From assembly GCF_965276935.1 (NCBI RefSeq), contig NZ_CBDIBS010000004.1, positions 481,306-545,305 on the forward strand: DNA of 64,000 bases, read 5' to 3'. Both the position numbers and the translations under genes were made by a program. This stretch comes from Rhodopila sp. (GTDB lineage Bacteria > Pseudomonadota > Alphaproteobacteria > Acetobacterales > Acetobacteraceae). Each line of letters begins with the position of its first letter. Positions within the stretch are counted from its first letter, which is position 1. Below are positions 1 to 10,004 of the stretch, piece by piece. The notes below the pieces were generated by a model. The model made no database searches, was not told the DNA's origin, and saw only the letters and a list, made by a program, of their open reading frames with translations.

Positions 1-1321
1 CCGCGCGCTGCGGGATGATAGCCGCCGAGCGCTGATCACGCTACAACTCGACTACGCGCAGCGCTATGGAGTTGCGAGCCTCAAGATCAAGCATCATGCG
101 CAGCTTGGCTATGTCATCGAAGCTGCTGGCGCGGCGGTGGAGAAGTTGCGGGGCTTTCCTGAATTAACCTTGCGACAAGGTATGGCGAGCGGCGCTCGCT
201 TCACTGAGCCGGAACTTTCGAATCTCGACCAGCGCATCCGGGAAGCCGGGGAACGGGCCGCGGTGCGTGAGCGGACGGTGTTTGCTCATCTGGTCCGTCA
301 AGTGCTGGAGCAATGTGACGCTTTAGCGGCGTGTGCAGAGGCCCTTTCCTTCCTGGACGTAACACAATCCACTGCGCGTCTTGCGGAAGGGGGATCCTGG
401 GTTCGTCCTTTGATCACCGACGCGGACGACTTCCTGATAAAGTCCGGGCGTCATCCCGTCGTGGAGACCGCGCTTGCCGGCCAGGGCGGCTTCGTTCCAA
501 ACCATTGTGATCTATCGACCGATCGGCGAATGATGCTGCTGACCGGCCCAAATATGGCGGGGAAGTCGACATTTCTACGGCAAAGTGCGTTATTCGTTGT
601 TCTGGCACAGGCGGGCTTGCCGTTGCCGGCAGAATCAGCCGCCGTTGGCATTGTCGATCGATTGTTCAGTCGTGTGGGTGCCGCGGATGATCTCGCGCGT
701 GGGCGGTCCACCTTCATGGTCGAAATGACGGAGACAGCCGCGATACTGCATCAAGCGGGACCAAAGTCCCTGGTGGTCGTCGATGAGATTGGCCGTGGCA
801 CCTCCACCCTGGATGGCCTTGCGATTGCCTGGGCTGTACTCGAAGCTCTGCATTCAGCGATACGCTGCCGCACTATTTTTGCGACGCATTTTCATGAGCT
901 TACTGGTCTCGCAGATAGATTGCCCAGGTTACGGCCGCATACCATGCGGGTGAAGGAATGGAAGGGCAGTGTGGTGTTCCTGCATGAAGTCGCCGAGGGC
1001 GCGGCGCGGCGGTCCTGGGGTGTGCATGTCGCGGAACTGGCCGGAGTACCGGCACCGGTGGTGCGGCGCGCTGCCTCATTGATGGTCGCCATGGAAAAGC
1101 ATGGGGGAGCACTTGGTCAATCGACTTCGATTCAAGCGTTGCCTCTGTTCGCTATGGCGACAAGCCAAAATGACCCGGCCTCCGGCATGGAGGATTCAGG
1201 CCTTCTGTGCCAGGCACTGAGCGACATACACCCTGATACATTGTCGCCGAAACAGGCTTTGGACGCTTTGTATCACCTGAAGTCCATTGCCGCCGCTTGT
1301 ATGCATAAGTCCACGGTATAG
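1..1321 (+). CDS. mutS: DNA mismatch repair protein MutS, C-terminal part (5' end outside window)
   Basis: Frame is open from position 2. Contains GRHPVVE, Walker A TGPNMAGKSTFLRQ, SRVGAADDLARGRSTFMVEM, DEIGRGT, FATHFHEL and the C-terminal PDTLSPKQALDALY. Confidence 0.97.
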   Translation, partial: RALRDDSRRALITLQLDYAQRYGVASLKIKHHAQLGYVIEAAGAAVEKLRGFPELTLRQGMASGARFTEPELSNLDQRIREAGERAAVRERTVFAHLVRQVLEQCDALAACAEALSFLDVTQSTARLAEGGSWVRPLITDADDFLIKSGRHPVVETALAGQGGFVPNHCDLSTDRRMMLLTGPNMAGKSTFLRQSALFVVLAQAGLPLPAESAAVGIVDRLFSRVGAADDLARGRSTFMVEMTETAAILHQAGPKSLVVVDEIGRGTSTLDGLAIAWAVLEALHSAIRCRTIFATHFHELTGLADRLPRLRPHTMRVKEWKGSVVFLHEVAEGAARRSWGVHVAELAGVPAPVVRRAASLMVAMEKHGGALGQSTSIQALPLFAMATSQNDPASGMEDSGLLCQALSDIHPDTLSPKQALDALYHLKSIAAACMHKSTV

Positions 1322-1331
1322 GGTTGATCGG

Positions 1332-4148
1332 ATGCTAACTCCCATCCCACTACCGCGTGCCCCTGAGGCGGCCACGAACTTGTTGTCCGACACGCTGGCC
1401 GGCTTGGTCCAGGAGAGCGGCGGCATTCGCCGAGATGCCGCGGTGGGAGCGTTTCGGCGTCATTTGGCACGAATTCAGTCATATGTTCAGCATGCGTTTG
1501 AGCATGAGCAGATAACTGGATTGCAGGCGGCGCGACTTCTGGGTGCGCTAATCGACGGAGTTGTGTCGGCTCTCTTCGATCATGCGACGCGTCATGCGGA
1601 CCTCGGACCAGTCGAAAGCTTAAGTATTGCCGCGACCGGCGGATATGGACGTGGTGTCCTCGCGCCGTTCAGCGACATTGATCTGCTATTTCTGACTGCC
1701 CCTCACCCGTCGCCGGAGACGCTTCGGGTCGTCGAGTACATGTTGTATTTTCTTTGGGACCTTGGGTTGAAGGTTGGACATGCCACCAGAGCCATTGATG
1801 ATTGCCTGGTTGAGGGATCGAAGGACACGACAATCCGGACAGCGTTGTTGGATGCTCGGTTCCTGACCGGTGACAAATTGTTATTCGCAGACTTCCATCG
1901 ACGGTTCAGGATGGCATGCAAGGAGGCTGGCGCCGCCGATTACATCGCGGCCAAGCAAGCTGAGCGTGCAGTGCGCCATCGGCGTTATGGTGACAGCCCA
2001 TTTGTGGTTGAACCAAACGTTAAGGAAGGTCGTGGAGGACTTCGTGACCTGCAAACGCTTTACTGGATCGCGCGCTACGTTTTCGACACCCAGACGATGG
2101 GCGAACTGGCCGACCTGGGCGGCATTCTTACGCAAATGGAGGCGCGGCATGGCAGGCGGGCGTGGGAATTTCTGTGGACCGTCCGGTTTCATCTGCATTA
2201 CGTAGCTGGCCGCGCCGAGGAGCGTCTAACCTTCGATTTGCAACCCGTCGTGGGTGCGCGGATGGGTTACACGCGACATGGTCGGCAGGATGGCGTCGAG
2301 CGGTTCATGCGCCATTACTTTCTTACAGCGCGTGAGATTGCCAGGCTAACCCGGATTTTGGAACCAGCGATATTGCGATCCGCGCTCGGACCCCCAGCCA
2401 TCGAGGCCGAGACCGATAATGCATTGCTTTTAGCCGGTTTTGTGCTGGCGGAGGGTAAGTTGCTTCCCGTAGGCGGACGGGATTTTGATGCCGAGCCAAT
2501 CCAAATGCTGCGCATCCTGCAAATTGCACGCGACCGAGGACTAGAATTGCATCCTCTTGCCCTACGGTCCTTCATACAAAACGCGCGACGAGCGATATCG
2601 CTCCGCACGGATCCGAAGGCGGCGAACATTTTTATGGATCTTCTATGTGGCAAAGAGCCGGATCGTCACTGCCCTGGAGGGCCAAATCCAGATGGGGCGC
2701 AATGGCTAAGCATTTTGAATGAGACCGGGTTTTTGGGCCGCTACATGCGGGACTGGGCGCGGATCGTCGGCCAGATGCAATTTGATACCTATCATATATT
2801 TACCGTCGATGAGCACACAATCGAGGCGATCCGCATCTTGAATACGCTTGAGCGGGGAGAACTCGCTGACATCGCCCCCGTTGCGTCGGAGCTAGTGGAT
2901 CATGTTCAGTCGCGCCGCTCCCTTTACCTTGCAACGTTGTTGCATGATATCGCCAAAGGTCGCGGCGGCGATCATTCCGAGTTGGGTGCTGAAGTGGCCT
3001 TAGAAATTGGGCCACTGCTTGGCCTGACGGACGAGGAGACTGAGACGGTATCCTGGCTAGTGCTGCACCATTTACTATTGAGTGCCACGGCATTTAAGCG
3101 AGACATTGATGATCCAAAAACCATTCTTGATTTGGCTGACACCATCCAATCACCCGAACGATTACGCCTGCTGCTCATTCTGACCGTCGCCGATATGCGC
3201 GCGGTATCGAGCAAGGTCTGGAACGGTTGGAAAGCAACGCTTTTACGTGAACTTTACACGCGCGTAGCCGAGGTTCTGGCCGGCGGTCTGGCTACAACCG
3301 AACGCGATGTTCGGGTTGCTCAGGCTAAGCAGGCCGTTGAAGCGCTTCTACTGGAGTGGACAGAAGCCGAAAGAGAGCACTTTACACACCTTGGCTATGG
3401 TGGGTACTGGCTGTCTTTTGATCCGGAAACTCATGCGCGCCATGCTCGTCTGATTCGTGACGCGGAAAATCGGCAATCGCCTCTCACAGTCGACACTCAA
3501 CCACTGCCAGCTCGCGCCGTAACCGAGGTGACTGTTTATTGTGCTGACCATGCAGGCTTGTTCAGCAAGATATCAGGAGCGCTCGCTATCGCGGGCGCCT
3601 CGATTGTTGACGCACGAATTCACACCATGACCAATGGCATGGCACTGGATACATTTTGGGTTCAGGACGCCGCTGGAGGTACCTTTGACGCACCGCACAG
3701 GCTTGCTCGGCTATCAGTCCTGATCGAGCAATCACTGTCAGGTCATTTGCGTATCGCAACAGAAATCAGGAAGTTATCAAAAATTCTGCTGGGACGACGT
3801 ATGCAGGCTATCCATGCGCCGCCCCGAGTGGTGATTGATAACCGGGCCTCGAACACGCATACGGTCCTTGAGGTCAATGGTCGCGATCGTCCAGGCCTAT
3901 TGCACGATGTCACGGCGGCAATAAGTGACGAAGGTCTGCAAATTGCATCGGCTCATGTGACCACATACGGTGTCCGAGCCGTAGACGTATTCTATGTAAA
4001 GGACGTGTTTGGCCTCAAAATTGAAAACGAGCGGAAGCTTAATCAATTGAGAGCCTCGCTCCTGCAAGCACTTATGAATAATGACGAAATATTGCCTCCG
4101 CCTACAATTGTAGCAAAACGTAAGCAGAAACAAGCAGCAGTCAGCTAA
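1332..4148 (+). CDS. glnD: [protein-PII] uridylyltransferase/uridylyl-removing enzyme
   Basis: GGYGRG..LAPFSDIDLL nucleotidyltransferase motif, NVKEGRGGLRDL, HD domain (TVDEH, LLHDIAKG) and two C-terminal ACT domains (DHAGLF, DRPGLL). ATG 1332 chosen as start. Confidence 0.96.
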   Translation: MLTPIPLPRAPEAATNLLSDTLAGLVQESGGIRRDAAVGAFRRHLARIQSYVQHAFEHEQITGLQAARLLGALIDGVVSALFDHATRHADLGPVESLSIAATGGYGRGVLAPFSDIDLLFLTAPHPSPETLRVVEYMLYFLWDLGLKVGHATRAIDDCLVEGSKDTTIRTALLDARFLTGDKLLFADFHRRFRMACKEAGAADYIAAKQAERAVRHRRYGDSPFVVEPNVKEGRGGLRDLQTLYWIARYVFDTQTMGELADLGGILTQMEARHGRRAWEFLWTVRFHLHYVAGRAEERLTFDLQPVVGARMGYTRHGRQDGVERFMRHYFLTAREIARLTRILEPAILRSALGPPAIEAETDNALLLAGFVLAEGKLLPVGGRDFDAEPIQMLRILQIARDRGLELHPLALRSFIQNARRAISLRTDPKAANIFMDLLCGKEPDRHCPGGPNPDGAQWLSILNETGFLGRYMRDWARIVGQMQFDTYHIFTVDEHTIEAIRILNTLERGELADIAPVASELVDHVQSRRSLYLATLLHDIAKGRGGDHSELGAEVALEIGPLLGLTDEETETVSWLVLHHLLLSATAFKRDIDDPKTILDLADTIQSPERLRLLLILTVADMRAVSSKVWNGWKATLLRELYTRVAEVLAGGLATTERDVRVAQAKQAVEALLLEWTEAEREHFTHLGYGGYWLSFDPETHARHARLIRDAENRQSPLTVDTQPLPARAVTEVTVYCADHAGLFSKISGALAIAGASIVDARIHTMTNGMALDTFWVQDAAGGTFDAPHRLARLSVLIEQSLSGHLRIATEIRKLSKILLGRRMQAIHAPPRVVIDNRASNTHTVLEVNGRDRPGLLHDVTAAISDEGLQIASAHVTTYGVRAVDVFYVKDVFGLKIENERKLNQLRASLLQALMNNDEILPPPTIVAKRKQKQAAVS

Positions 4149-4188
4149 TGGTAGACATTGGCGCTTTAGGTCACCACCAAGAGCCGAT

Positions 4189-4869
4189 TTGCTTCGGTCG
4201 TTCTGTCAACTTGATTTCATAATGATTATGGTTCCGGAAATGCCTGCAAGCCTTCATCACACATGTTGCGTAGCCAGATTTGCTCTTTCAGCCACTTTAG
4301 GATTGGCCGCATCATTACCGCTTCATGCTACAGCGCGTCCCGCGCCAGGTTTCCCAATTATGGCTCCAGTGACCTCGCCTTGCATTTCCTCGCCGTTCGG
4401 ACCTCGCATTCTTCCCAATCGACCACTTGCGGGGACTTTCCACAATGGTATTGATTTACCGGCACCCGACCGCACCCCAGTTGTGGCAGTCGCACCGGGC
4501 GTGGTCATCAGGATCCAAAAGCATGGTGTCGGGGGCTTAGAAGTTCTCATTCAGCATGATGGCTCCATTGGCGTTTATAGCCACCTAGGATTGATTGCAC
4601 CTGAGATCGCAGAAGGACGGCAAACGATTTACGGAGGAGAACGACTTGCGACTGTCGGCCGCACAGGGGTTAGTTATGGTCCGCATCTATACTTTGGGAT
4701 GATTATCAACGGACGCCCAGTCAATCCAGCTCCCTATTTTGCTGTGAAACCGTGTGGCAGTCCGGCGCCCACAGCGTCAGACTCACGAATTGCACCGACG
4801 CGGTTGTTTGCTCAACGCCCGTTTTGGTCAAACGACACTAAATTTGCGAACTTAGGCAACAACAGGTAA
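4189..4869 (+). CDS. M23 family metallopeptidase, probably secreted
   Basis: HNGIDL (HxxxD) and GPHLYF (HxH-like) motifs with an N-terminal hydrophobic segment. Start codon uncertain. Confidence 0.8.
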   Translation: MLRSFCQLDFIMIMVPEMPASLHHTCCVARFALSATLGLAASLPLHATARPAPGFPIMAPVTSPCISSPFGPRILPNRPLAGTFHNGIDLPAPDRTPVVAVAPGVVIRIQKHGVGGLEVLIQHDGSIGVYSHLGLIAPEIAEGRQTIYGGERLATVGRTGVSYGPHLYFGMIINGRPVNPAPYFAVKPCGSPAPTASDSRIAPTRLFAQRPFWSNDTKFANLGNNR

Positions 4870-6129
4870 CGCTGCCGGCTGTGCTTCCGCTTGCCACCGC
4901 AACGTGCCAACCGCACCGCATGATGTACATTTGGCCGACCAGATGACATATTCCGCACGACAGTTCGTGCAACGCCAAGTGGGATCTGGATCGGCGGCCG
5001 CGGCACGGCGGAGTGCATCACGCTGAGCTTTTCTGCCTTCCTCGGTATCGCCGCGTTCCTGTTCCTCGATATCCGCGATCAAGAGCCAAAGGCGTCGCTC
5101 GTTTAGCCCATCAGCTTGCGCTGCATCAGCCTGATGCCGCGCTTCCTCGGGCAATCCGGCCTCGATCGCCACTTTGCCTAAGAGAAGTCGACTCTCCGGG
5201 TGCGAAGGATTGTTTGCAGCCAAGCGTTTGGCCGACTGAAAACGCGCAAGGCCATCGCTATCACGCGCTAGAGCAAAGTCCGCTAAATCGGGATGAGGCG
5301 CTAGTTTCCACGCATTGGCAATGGCGGATTGGGCCCGCCTTTCATGTCCCGAAGCACGCTGCCGACGAGCAAAGGATAATACGGCTGGGGCGAAAGCAGG
5401 CTCAGCCTTCCATGCTTGTCTCGCAAACCTGAGTGAGCGAGCCGGGTCAGCTTCAGCATCGGCAGCAGCAATGTAATAGGCAGCGCGAGGGCCACTAGGA
5501 TTGCTTAGTTCTGCTGCCTCCGCCCAATTATCGGTCTGAATTGCAAGCTCAGCCCTTTGTTGCCGCAACCAAGTCGTTCCAGGATAAGCTGCTTCGGCTT
5601 CACGAGCAATCGCCTCGGCTTTACCCCAGTCATGACGATCAACAGCCTGTCGCAGCAGGCCGCGAAAGCCGAGGAACTTTCCGTCTTCATGGGTCGTCAG
5701 TGCCCGAAAGGCTTCTTCGGCTTCATCTTCTCTGCCGGACAATCGACCAGCTTCCGCGATGAGTAGCAGCGTTTGCGGCGACTCGCCTATCAGTTGACGA
5801 GCACGGCGGGCTTCCTTTCGGGCAACCGTTTGCTCACCGGCTGCCAGTGCAACAAGTACGCGCGTGATCGCTCTCTCACCCAGCCTGAGGCGGTGCCGAC
5901 GCCGCCAGCCTGCTCCGGCCTTTGGCAGAGCGGCAATGCCGCCGAGCAGACGCAGTAGAATGACGATAACGACGAGGAGCAAAACTATCACCAAAATTGC
6001 AAGCGAGGCAGAGGTTTCGATCGTAATCGAACCAATCGATGCACTGACATGTCCGGGCAGGTTGCCCAAGCTCCACGCCGCAGCAACAACAGTTGTGCCG
6101 ATAATTAAAAAGAGAACAACCGTCCGCAT
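4852..6129 (-). CDS. HemY-like membrane-anchored TPR protein (heme biosynthesis-associated)
   Basis: Two N-terminal TM segments (HemY_N-like), Ala-rich helical repeats and a C-terminal CxxC...CxxC. Sits downstream of hemD and COG4223 as usual in Alphaproteobacteria. Confidence 0.8.
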   Translation of the reverse strand: MRTVVLFLIIGTTVVAAAWSLGNLPGHVSASIGSITIETSASLAILVIVLLLVVIVILLRLLGGIAALPKAGAGWRRRHRLRLGERAITRVLVALAAGEQTVARKEARRARQLIGESPQTLLLIAEAGRLSGREDEAEEAFRALTTHEDGKFLGFRGLLRQAVDRHDWGKAEAIAREAEAAYPGTTWLRQQRAELAIQTDNWAEAAELSNPSGPRAAYYIAAADAEADPARSLRFARQAWKAEPAFAPAVLSFARRQRASGHERRAQSAIANAWKLAPHPDLADFALARDSDGLARFQSAKRLAANNPSHPESRLLLGKVAIEAGLPEEARHQADAAQADGLNERRLWLLIADIEEQERGDTEEGRKAQRDALRRAAAADPDPTWRCTNCRAEYVIWSAKCTSCGAVGTLRWQAEAQPAALPVVA

Positions 6130-7091
6130 CAGGCGTGCGCCGCGATGTCTGCGAGCGCTGATCGGGCCTCAATTAGCGCTTTGGCCTGTGCCAGCCATTC
6201 GCCCGCGGCTCTTACAACCATTGGATTTCCGCTGGATATCGCATTGACGGCAGCGGTTAAATCGCCCGCCTCGAGCGCAGTTCTGGCGCGAGTGATCGCA
6301 ATCACCGGTGCATTACCGACAACAACGTCATTGCCGCGGCGAATGGTCACGAGATCCTCCGCCCGTTCCCAGGTTCGCTCAATGAACGGCGCGCTGCTGT
6401 TGCTGGGCTGGTTCGCAGCCAGCGCGGCACGCTCCACCTGCGGAAAGGCAAGGCGAAGCTGAGCCTCCGTTGGTGGCGCAGCTTCAGCATATCGAGACAG
6501 TGCCGGCGGCGCATCGGGCAAATTCCCTAGAGGCTGTCCCGCTGCCAGGGCTAATGTTGCCGCCTGTAGGCGGGCAATACGGCCAACCCGCGCAGAAACG
6601 GCATCAATCCTGTCCGCAGCTTTTTCCAAAGTGGAGACTTCACCAACCGTCTTCTCGAGTTGTTGCTTAGTCGCATCAAGGCTGGACTGGTCGCGGGCAG
6701 ACAATGATTCTATCCGGCTTGACAGAAGGTCAACATGAGTCGCTAGCTGCGCTTGAGAGGATATGCGCGCTTCAAGCGCATCGAGCCGAGCTGAAAGTTT
6801 CCCAAGATCCGCTGCGGATGGTGGATTCGGTTGCTGCTCGAGACGACCAAGTCGCGAGTCGACAGCTGCCAGTTTTTGCTGGACAGCAAGAACTTCAGGC
6901 TGCCAGCCGGGCGTTTCAGGTGGCATATTCGGGTACCGCCACACATACAAGATTGCCATGGTTAAAAACAGAAAGCCTAAGCCGTACAACCATGGAAACA
7001 GGTGCGGTTGGTTCGGCCGTTCGGCGATCGGTGGCATATCTGCCTGCACGGTCGGCTCGTCAGATGACGGAAAACTCGTTTGTTTGGTCAT
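6129..7091 (-). CDS. COG4223/mitofilin-like membrane-anchored coiled-coil protein
   Basis: One TM helix followed by a coiled coil, with C-terminal ARTALEAGDLTAAV...W. ATG 7091 overlaps the hemD stop (ATGA). Confidence 0.75.
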   Translation of the reverse strand: MTKQTSFPSSDEPTVQADMPPIAERPNQPHLFPWLYGLGFLFLTMAILYVWRYPNMPPETPGWQPEVLAVQQKLAAVDSRLGRLEQQPNPPSAADLGKLSARLDALEARISSQAQLATHVDLLSSRIESLSARDQSSLDATKQQLEKTVGEVSTLEKAADRIDAVSARVGRIARLQAATLALAAGQPLGNLPDAPPALSRYAEAAPPTEAQLRLAFPQVERAALAANQPSNSSAPFIERTWERAEDLVTIRRGNDVVVGNAPVIAITRARTALEAGDLTAAVNAISSGNPMVVRAAGEWLAQAKALIEARSALADIAAHA

Positions 7092-7831
7092 TTCAGCAAG
7101 GCCAGCATCGCATCCTGGTTTGGCTTCGAGGCGACACTTATACGGCGCCACGTAAGGTCTCCTAATGCCACGGTTGATCGCCTGCTGATAGTCACTGCTT
7201 CGACATCATGTACGGCCTCATCGAGGCTAGCTGCCCGCAAAAGGCGAACGAAATGGCGTGCTGTCTCCGCCGAAAAAAACATGATCACTCTCACATGGCA
7301 GAGTTTTAGGTTGATTTCAGCCTCGGTCGGCAAGATTGAGACGCCTCTTGCCCGATATACGACATGTCGAACGACCCGAAATCCGCGATTTCGGAGGTTG
7401 GTGGCCAGATCAAGCCCTTGGCGAAATCCAGTCGGCAGAAACAGGCTGCCTTTGGTGGTGGCAATCGTCTTGGAGACAAGGTCGGCAAGAGCAGTCGCGT
7501 CTCCACCAGCCGTCATGACGTGCTTGAACCCGGCCCCTCTAGCTAACGCTGCCGTCACATCTCCGACTGCAAACATGAGGAGATCATGGCATGCGGCCGG
7601 AATTGCTGCCAAGGCACTCCGACTCGTGAGTATGGTAGCCTGGATTCCATGCGGAACTTGAGCCGTCTTACCCACCTGTTGGATAGACATCACGGGAGCA
7701 ACCACCGGCGTAAAGCCAAGCGCGGCTACTCGAGCCGCAGTCTTGCTCGCGCCTGGCTCTGGTCTTGTTATCAGCACAACGGCCAACGCACCGCTCTTGT
7801 CAAACGACTTGGGATCGATGATGTGACACAT
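7088..7831 (-). CDS. hemD: Uroporphyrinogen-III synthase
   Basis: VLITRPEPGA, FAVGDVTA, VVYRA, FFSAETAR and terminal PNQDAMLALL. Start codon uncertain. Confidence 0.85.
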   Translation of the reverse strand: MCHIIDPKSFDKSGALAVVLITRPEPGASKTAARVAALGFTPVVAPVMSIQQVGKTAQVPHGIQATILTSRSALAAIPAACHDLLMFAVGDVTAALARGAGFKHVMTAGGDATALADLVSKTIATTKGSLFLPTGFRQGLDLATNLRNRGFRVVRHVVYRARGVSILPTEAEINLKLCHVRVIMFFSAETARHFVRLLRAASLDEAVHDVEAVTISRRSTVALGDLTWRRISVASKPNQDAMLALLK

Positions 7832-7886
7832 ATTCTGATATGAGCAATAACTTGACCATCTAGAGTTTGCCAGCGGGAAGGCAACC

Positions 7887-8948
7887 ATGAAGCCGGTGCT
7901 AGGCATTGAAACTTCCTGCGACGAGACGGCTGCCGCGGTTATGGGAGCCGATGGGCGGGTGTTGGCAGAGGCAGTCCTTAGCCAACTGTCCGAACATAGA
8001 CCCTTTGGAGGTGTGGTGCCTGAAGTCGCGGCTCGGGCCCACTTGCACTACCTTCCTGAACTCGTTCGGCAGGTTCTCACGCATGCCGGCGTCGACTCGG
8101 CCGGCTTAGGCGGAATTGCAGCGACGGCCGGCCCTGGGTTGATTGGCGGCCTAATTATTGGGACGCAGTTTGGAAAGGGCATCGCAATAGCTCATCGATT
8201 ACCCTTCATAGCAATTAATCACCTGGAGGCTCATGCCCTTAGTGCCCGAATTCCTGGTTTGGCTGACGGTGGAGCAGCCTTTCCCTACCTGCTGTTGTTG
8301 CTGTCCGGTGGCCATTCCCAATGCATCGCAGTAACCGGTGTTGGACGCCATGTGCGGTTGGGAGGGACGATCGACGATGCGGCTGGGGAAGCGTTCGATA
8401 AAGTTGCTAAACTTTTGGGACTAGGGTGGCCGGGTGGCCCAGCCCTTGAAGTGCTAGCTGAGGAAGGTGATCCCGCCAGGTTTCCGTTTCCCCGGCCAAT
8501 GCTCAGACGTCCTGGATGCGACTTCAGTTTTTCTGGGTTAAAGACTGCGGTGGCTCAAGCAGTTGCACGCCTGGGAAAAAATGCGCTTGGCAGGGAACAG
8601 GCCGCTGACATAGCCGCAAGTTTTCAACGAGCCATGGTCGACGTGCTTGCGGATCGAGCTGCCAACGCGGCAAGAATGATGCAGAATGCCTATCCAAACG
8701 CGCATTTAATGGTGGTTGCCGGGGGCGTCGCCGCAAACGCACGGCTAAGATCAACGTTGGCTCGCGCGGCCAAGGATTCGGGCTTCCAGATGTTAGCGCC
8801 TCCTGTCAGGCTATGCTCGGATAACGCGGTGATGGTTGCCTGGGCCGGGATAGAGCGGTTGCGGGCTGGCTTGATTGATGACTTGTCCCTGGACGCGCAG
8901 CCGAGATGGCCGCTGGAAACGCTGAACGACCAATCCATTTTGGCATGA
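7887..8948 (+). CDS. tsaD: tRNA N6-threonylcarbamoyltransferase TsaD
   Basis: VLGIETSCDETAAA, GGVVPEVAARAH, NHLEAH, DDAAGEAFDK, FSFSGLKTA and CSDNAVMVA. Confidence 0.97.
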   Translation: MKPVLGIETSCDETAAAVMGADGRVLAEAVLSQLSEHRPFGGVVPEVAARAHLHYLPELVRQVLTHAGVDSAGLGGIAATAGPGLIGGLIIGTQFGKGIAIAHRLPFIAINHLEAHALSARIPGLADGGAAFPYLLLLLSGGHSQCIAVTGVGRHVRLGGTIDDAAGEAFDKVAKLLGLGWPGGPALEVLAEEGDPARFPFPRPMLRRPGCDFSFSGLKTAVAQAVARLGKNALGREQAADIAASFQRAMVDVLADRAANAARMMQNAYPNAHLMVVAGGVAANARLRSTLARAAKDSGFQMLAPPVRLCSDNAVMVAWAGIERLRAGLIDDLSLDAQPRWPLETLNDQSILA

Positions 8949-9763
8949 ACTACCGTCACGTTTATCACGCGGGTAACTTCGCTGACTGCTTCAAACATGC
9001 GCTGTTGGTCGCGCTGATCGAAGCTTTGGCTCGCAAGCCAGCGCCGTTCTATGTACTCGATACGCATGCTGGAGCTGGTAGATATGACCTAAATTCTAAA
9101 CAGGCACGACAAACCGGTGAAGCTGACAAGGGAATCTACGTTTTGCTGCAGAGACAGTCACCTGAGCTTCGCCGATACCTAGGATTGGTCGAATCGCTGG
9201 GTCTCTACCCGGGATCTCCGCTGCTGTTACGAGCCTTGCTGCGCCCTGTTGACCATATCAGCTGCTGTGATGTGGGGGCAGAAGAAGTCGAGCTTCTCCG
9301 GCAGGCGTTTCACAATGATGCGCAGGTCACCGTGCATCAGCGATCCGGCTGGGAAGCGCTTGGAGCGCTACTCCCCCCAAAAGAGAAGCGTGGGCTGGTT
9401 TTTATTGATCCTCCGTTTGAGAGTCGAGATGAGTTCTCTAGTCTTGCGGATGGTTTGTTCCGAGGGTATCGCCGCTTCGCCCGAGGCATTTTCGCTGCTT
9501 GGTATCCAATTAAGCAGCTTTCCGCCGTTCGAAGCTTCATGGCTAATATGCAGGCTCTTCCCATAAGAGATATCATCGCTATTGAAATTCGTATTAGCAA
9601 ACCGTTTGACCGGAGCCGGTTAAACGGGTGTGGTCTTCTGGTGGTAAACCCACCGTTTCAGTTTGATGATCGGGCTCGCTTAATTGGAAATGCTGTCCTT
9701 GACGATCTTAGCTCAACCGAAAACGAGTCCAGGACGAATGTTTATCGGATAGCTGATGAGTGA
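8945..9763 (+). CDS. rlmJ: 23S rRNA (adenine(2030)-N6)-methyltransferase
   Basis: MNYRHVYHAGNFADCFKH, DTHAGAG, YPGSP, FIDPPFE and WYPIK. ATG overlaps the tsaD stop. Confidence 0.95.
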   Translation: MNYRHVYHAGNFADCFKHALLVALIEALARKPAPFYVLDTHAGAGRYDLNSKQARQTGEADKGIYVLLQRQSPELRRYLGLVESLGLYPGSPLLLRALLRPVDHISCCDVGAEEVELLRQAFHNDAQVTVHQRSGWEALGALLPPKEKRGLVFIDPPFESRDEFSSLADGLFRGYRRFARGIFAAWYPIKQLSAVRSFMANMQALPIRDIIAIEIRISKPFDRSRLNGCGLLVVNPPFQFDDRARLIGNAVLDDLSSTENESRTNVYRIADE

Positions 9764-10004
9764 CGTGCAGGTGCCTGGCGTAGTTCCTCACGGTCTGAGG
9801 TGTATCGTCGGATTAGCGGGACATGCAAATATGTCAAGGCTATCTCCTCTCGGCGGAAAATTCGCATCGTGTGACCTAATCATGCAGCTTCTGTTGCGAC
9901 CTTGACGTGATGATCAGTAACACCAGTGCGTGGCATGACGGCTTATGGCGGCCTCGCTTGCTACAATCTCACTCCGATCTTGATATCTGGTTAGAGAAGA
10001 GATC

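Noticed and set aside
4189-4869. M23 peptidase as the missing lysin of the phage-like cluster
   Set aside because: It lies 13 kb away among housekeeping genes, with no holin nearby and no evidence of linkage.
7831-7887. hemD directly divergent from tsaD without hemC
   Set aside because: A plausible lineage-level gene-order variant. There is no remnant or scar indicating anything more.
9764-10004. Intergenic gap between rlmJ and murJ as a possible ncRNA (ORF 9914-10522 also checked)
   Set aside because: No convincing hairpin set or known RNA motif, and the ORF is antisense to murJ.
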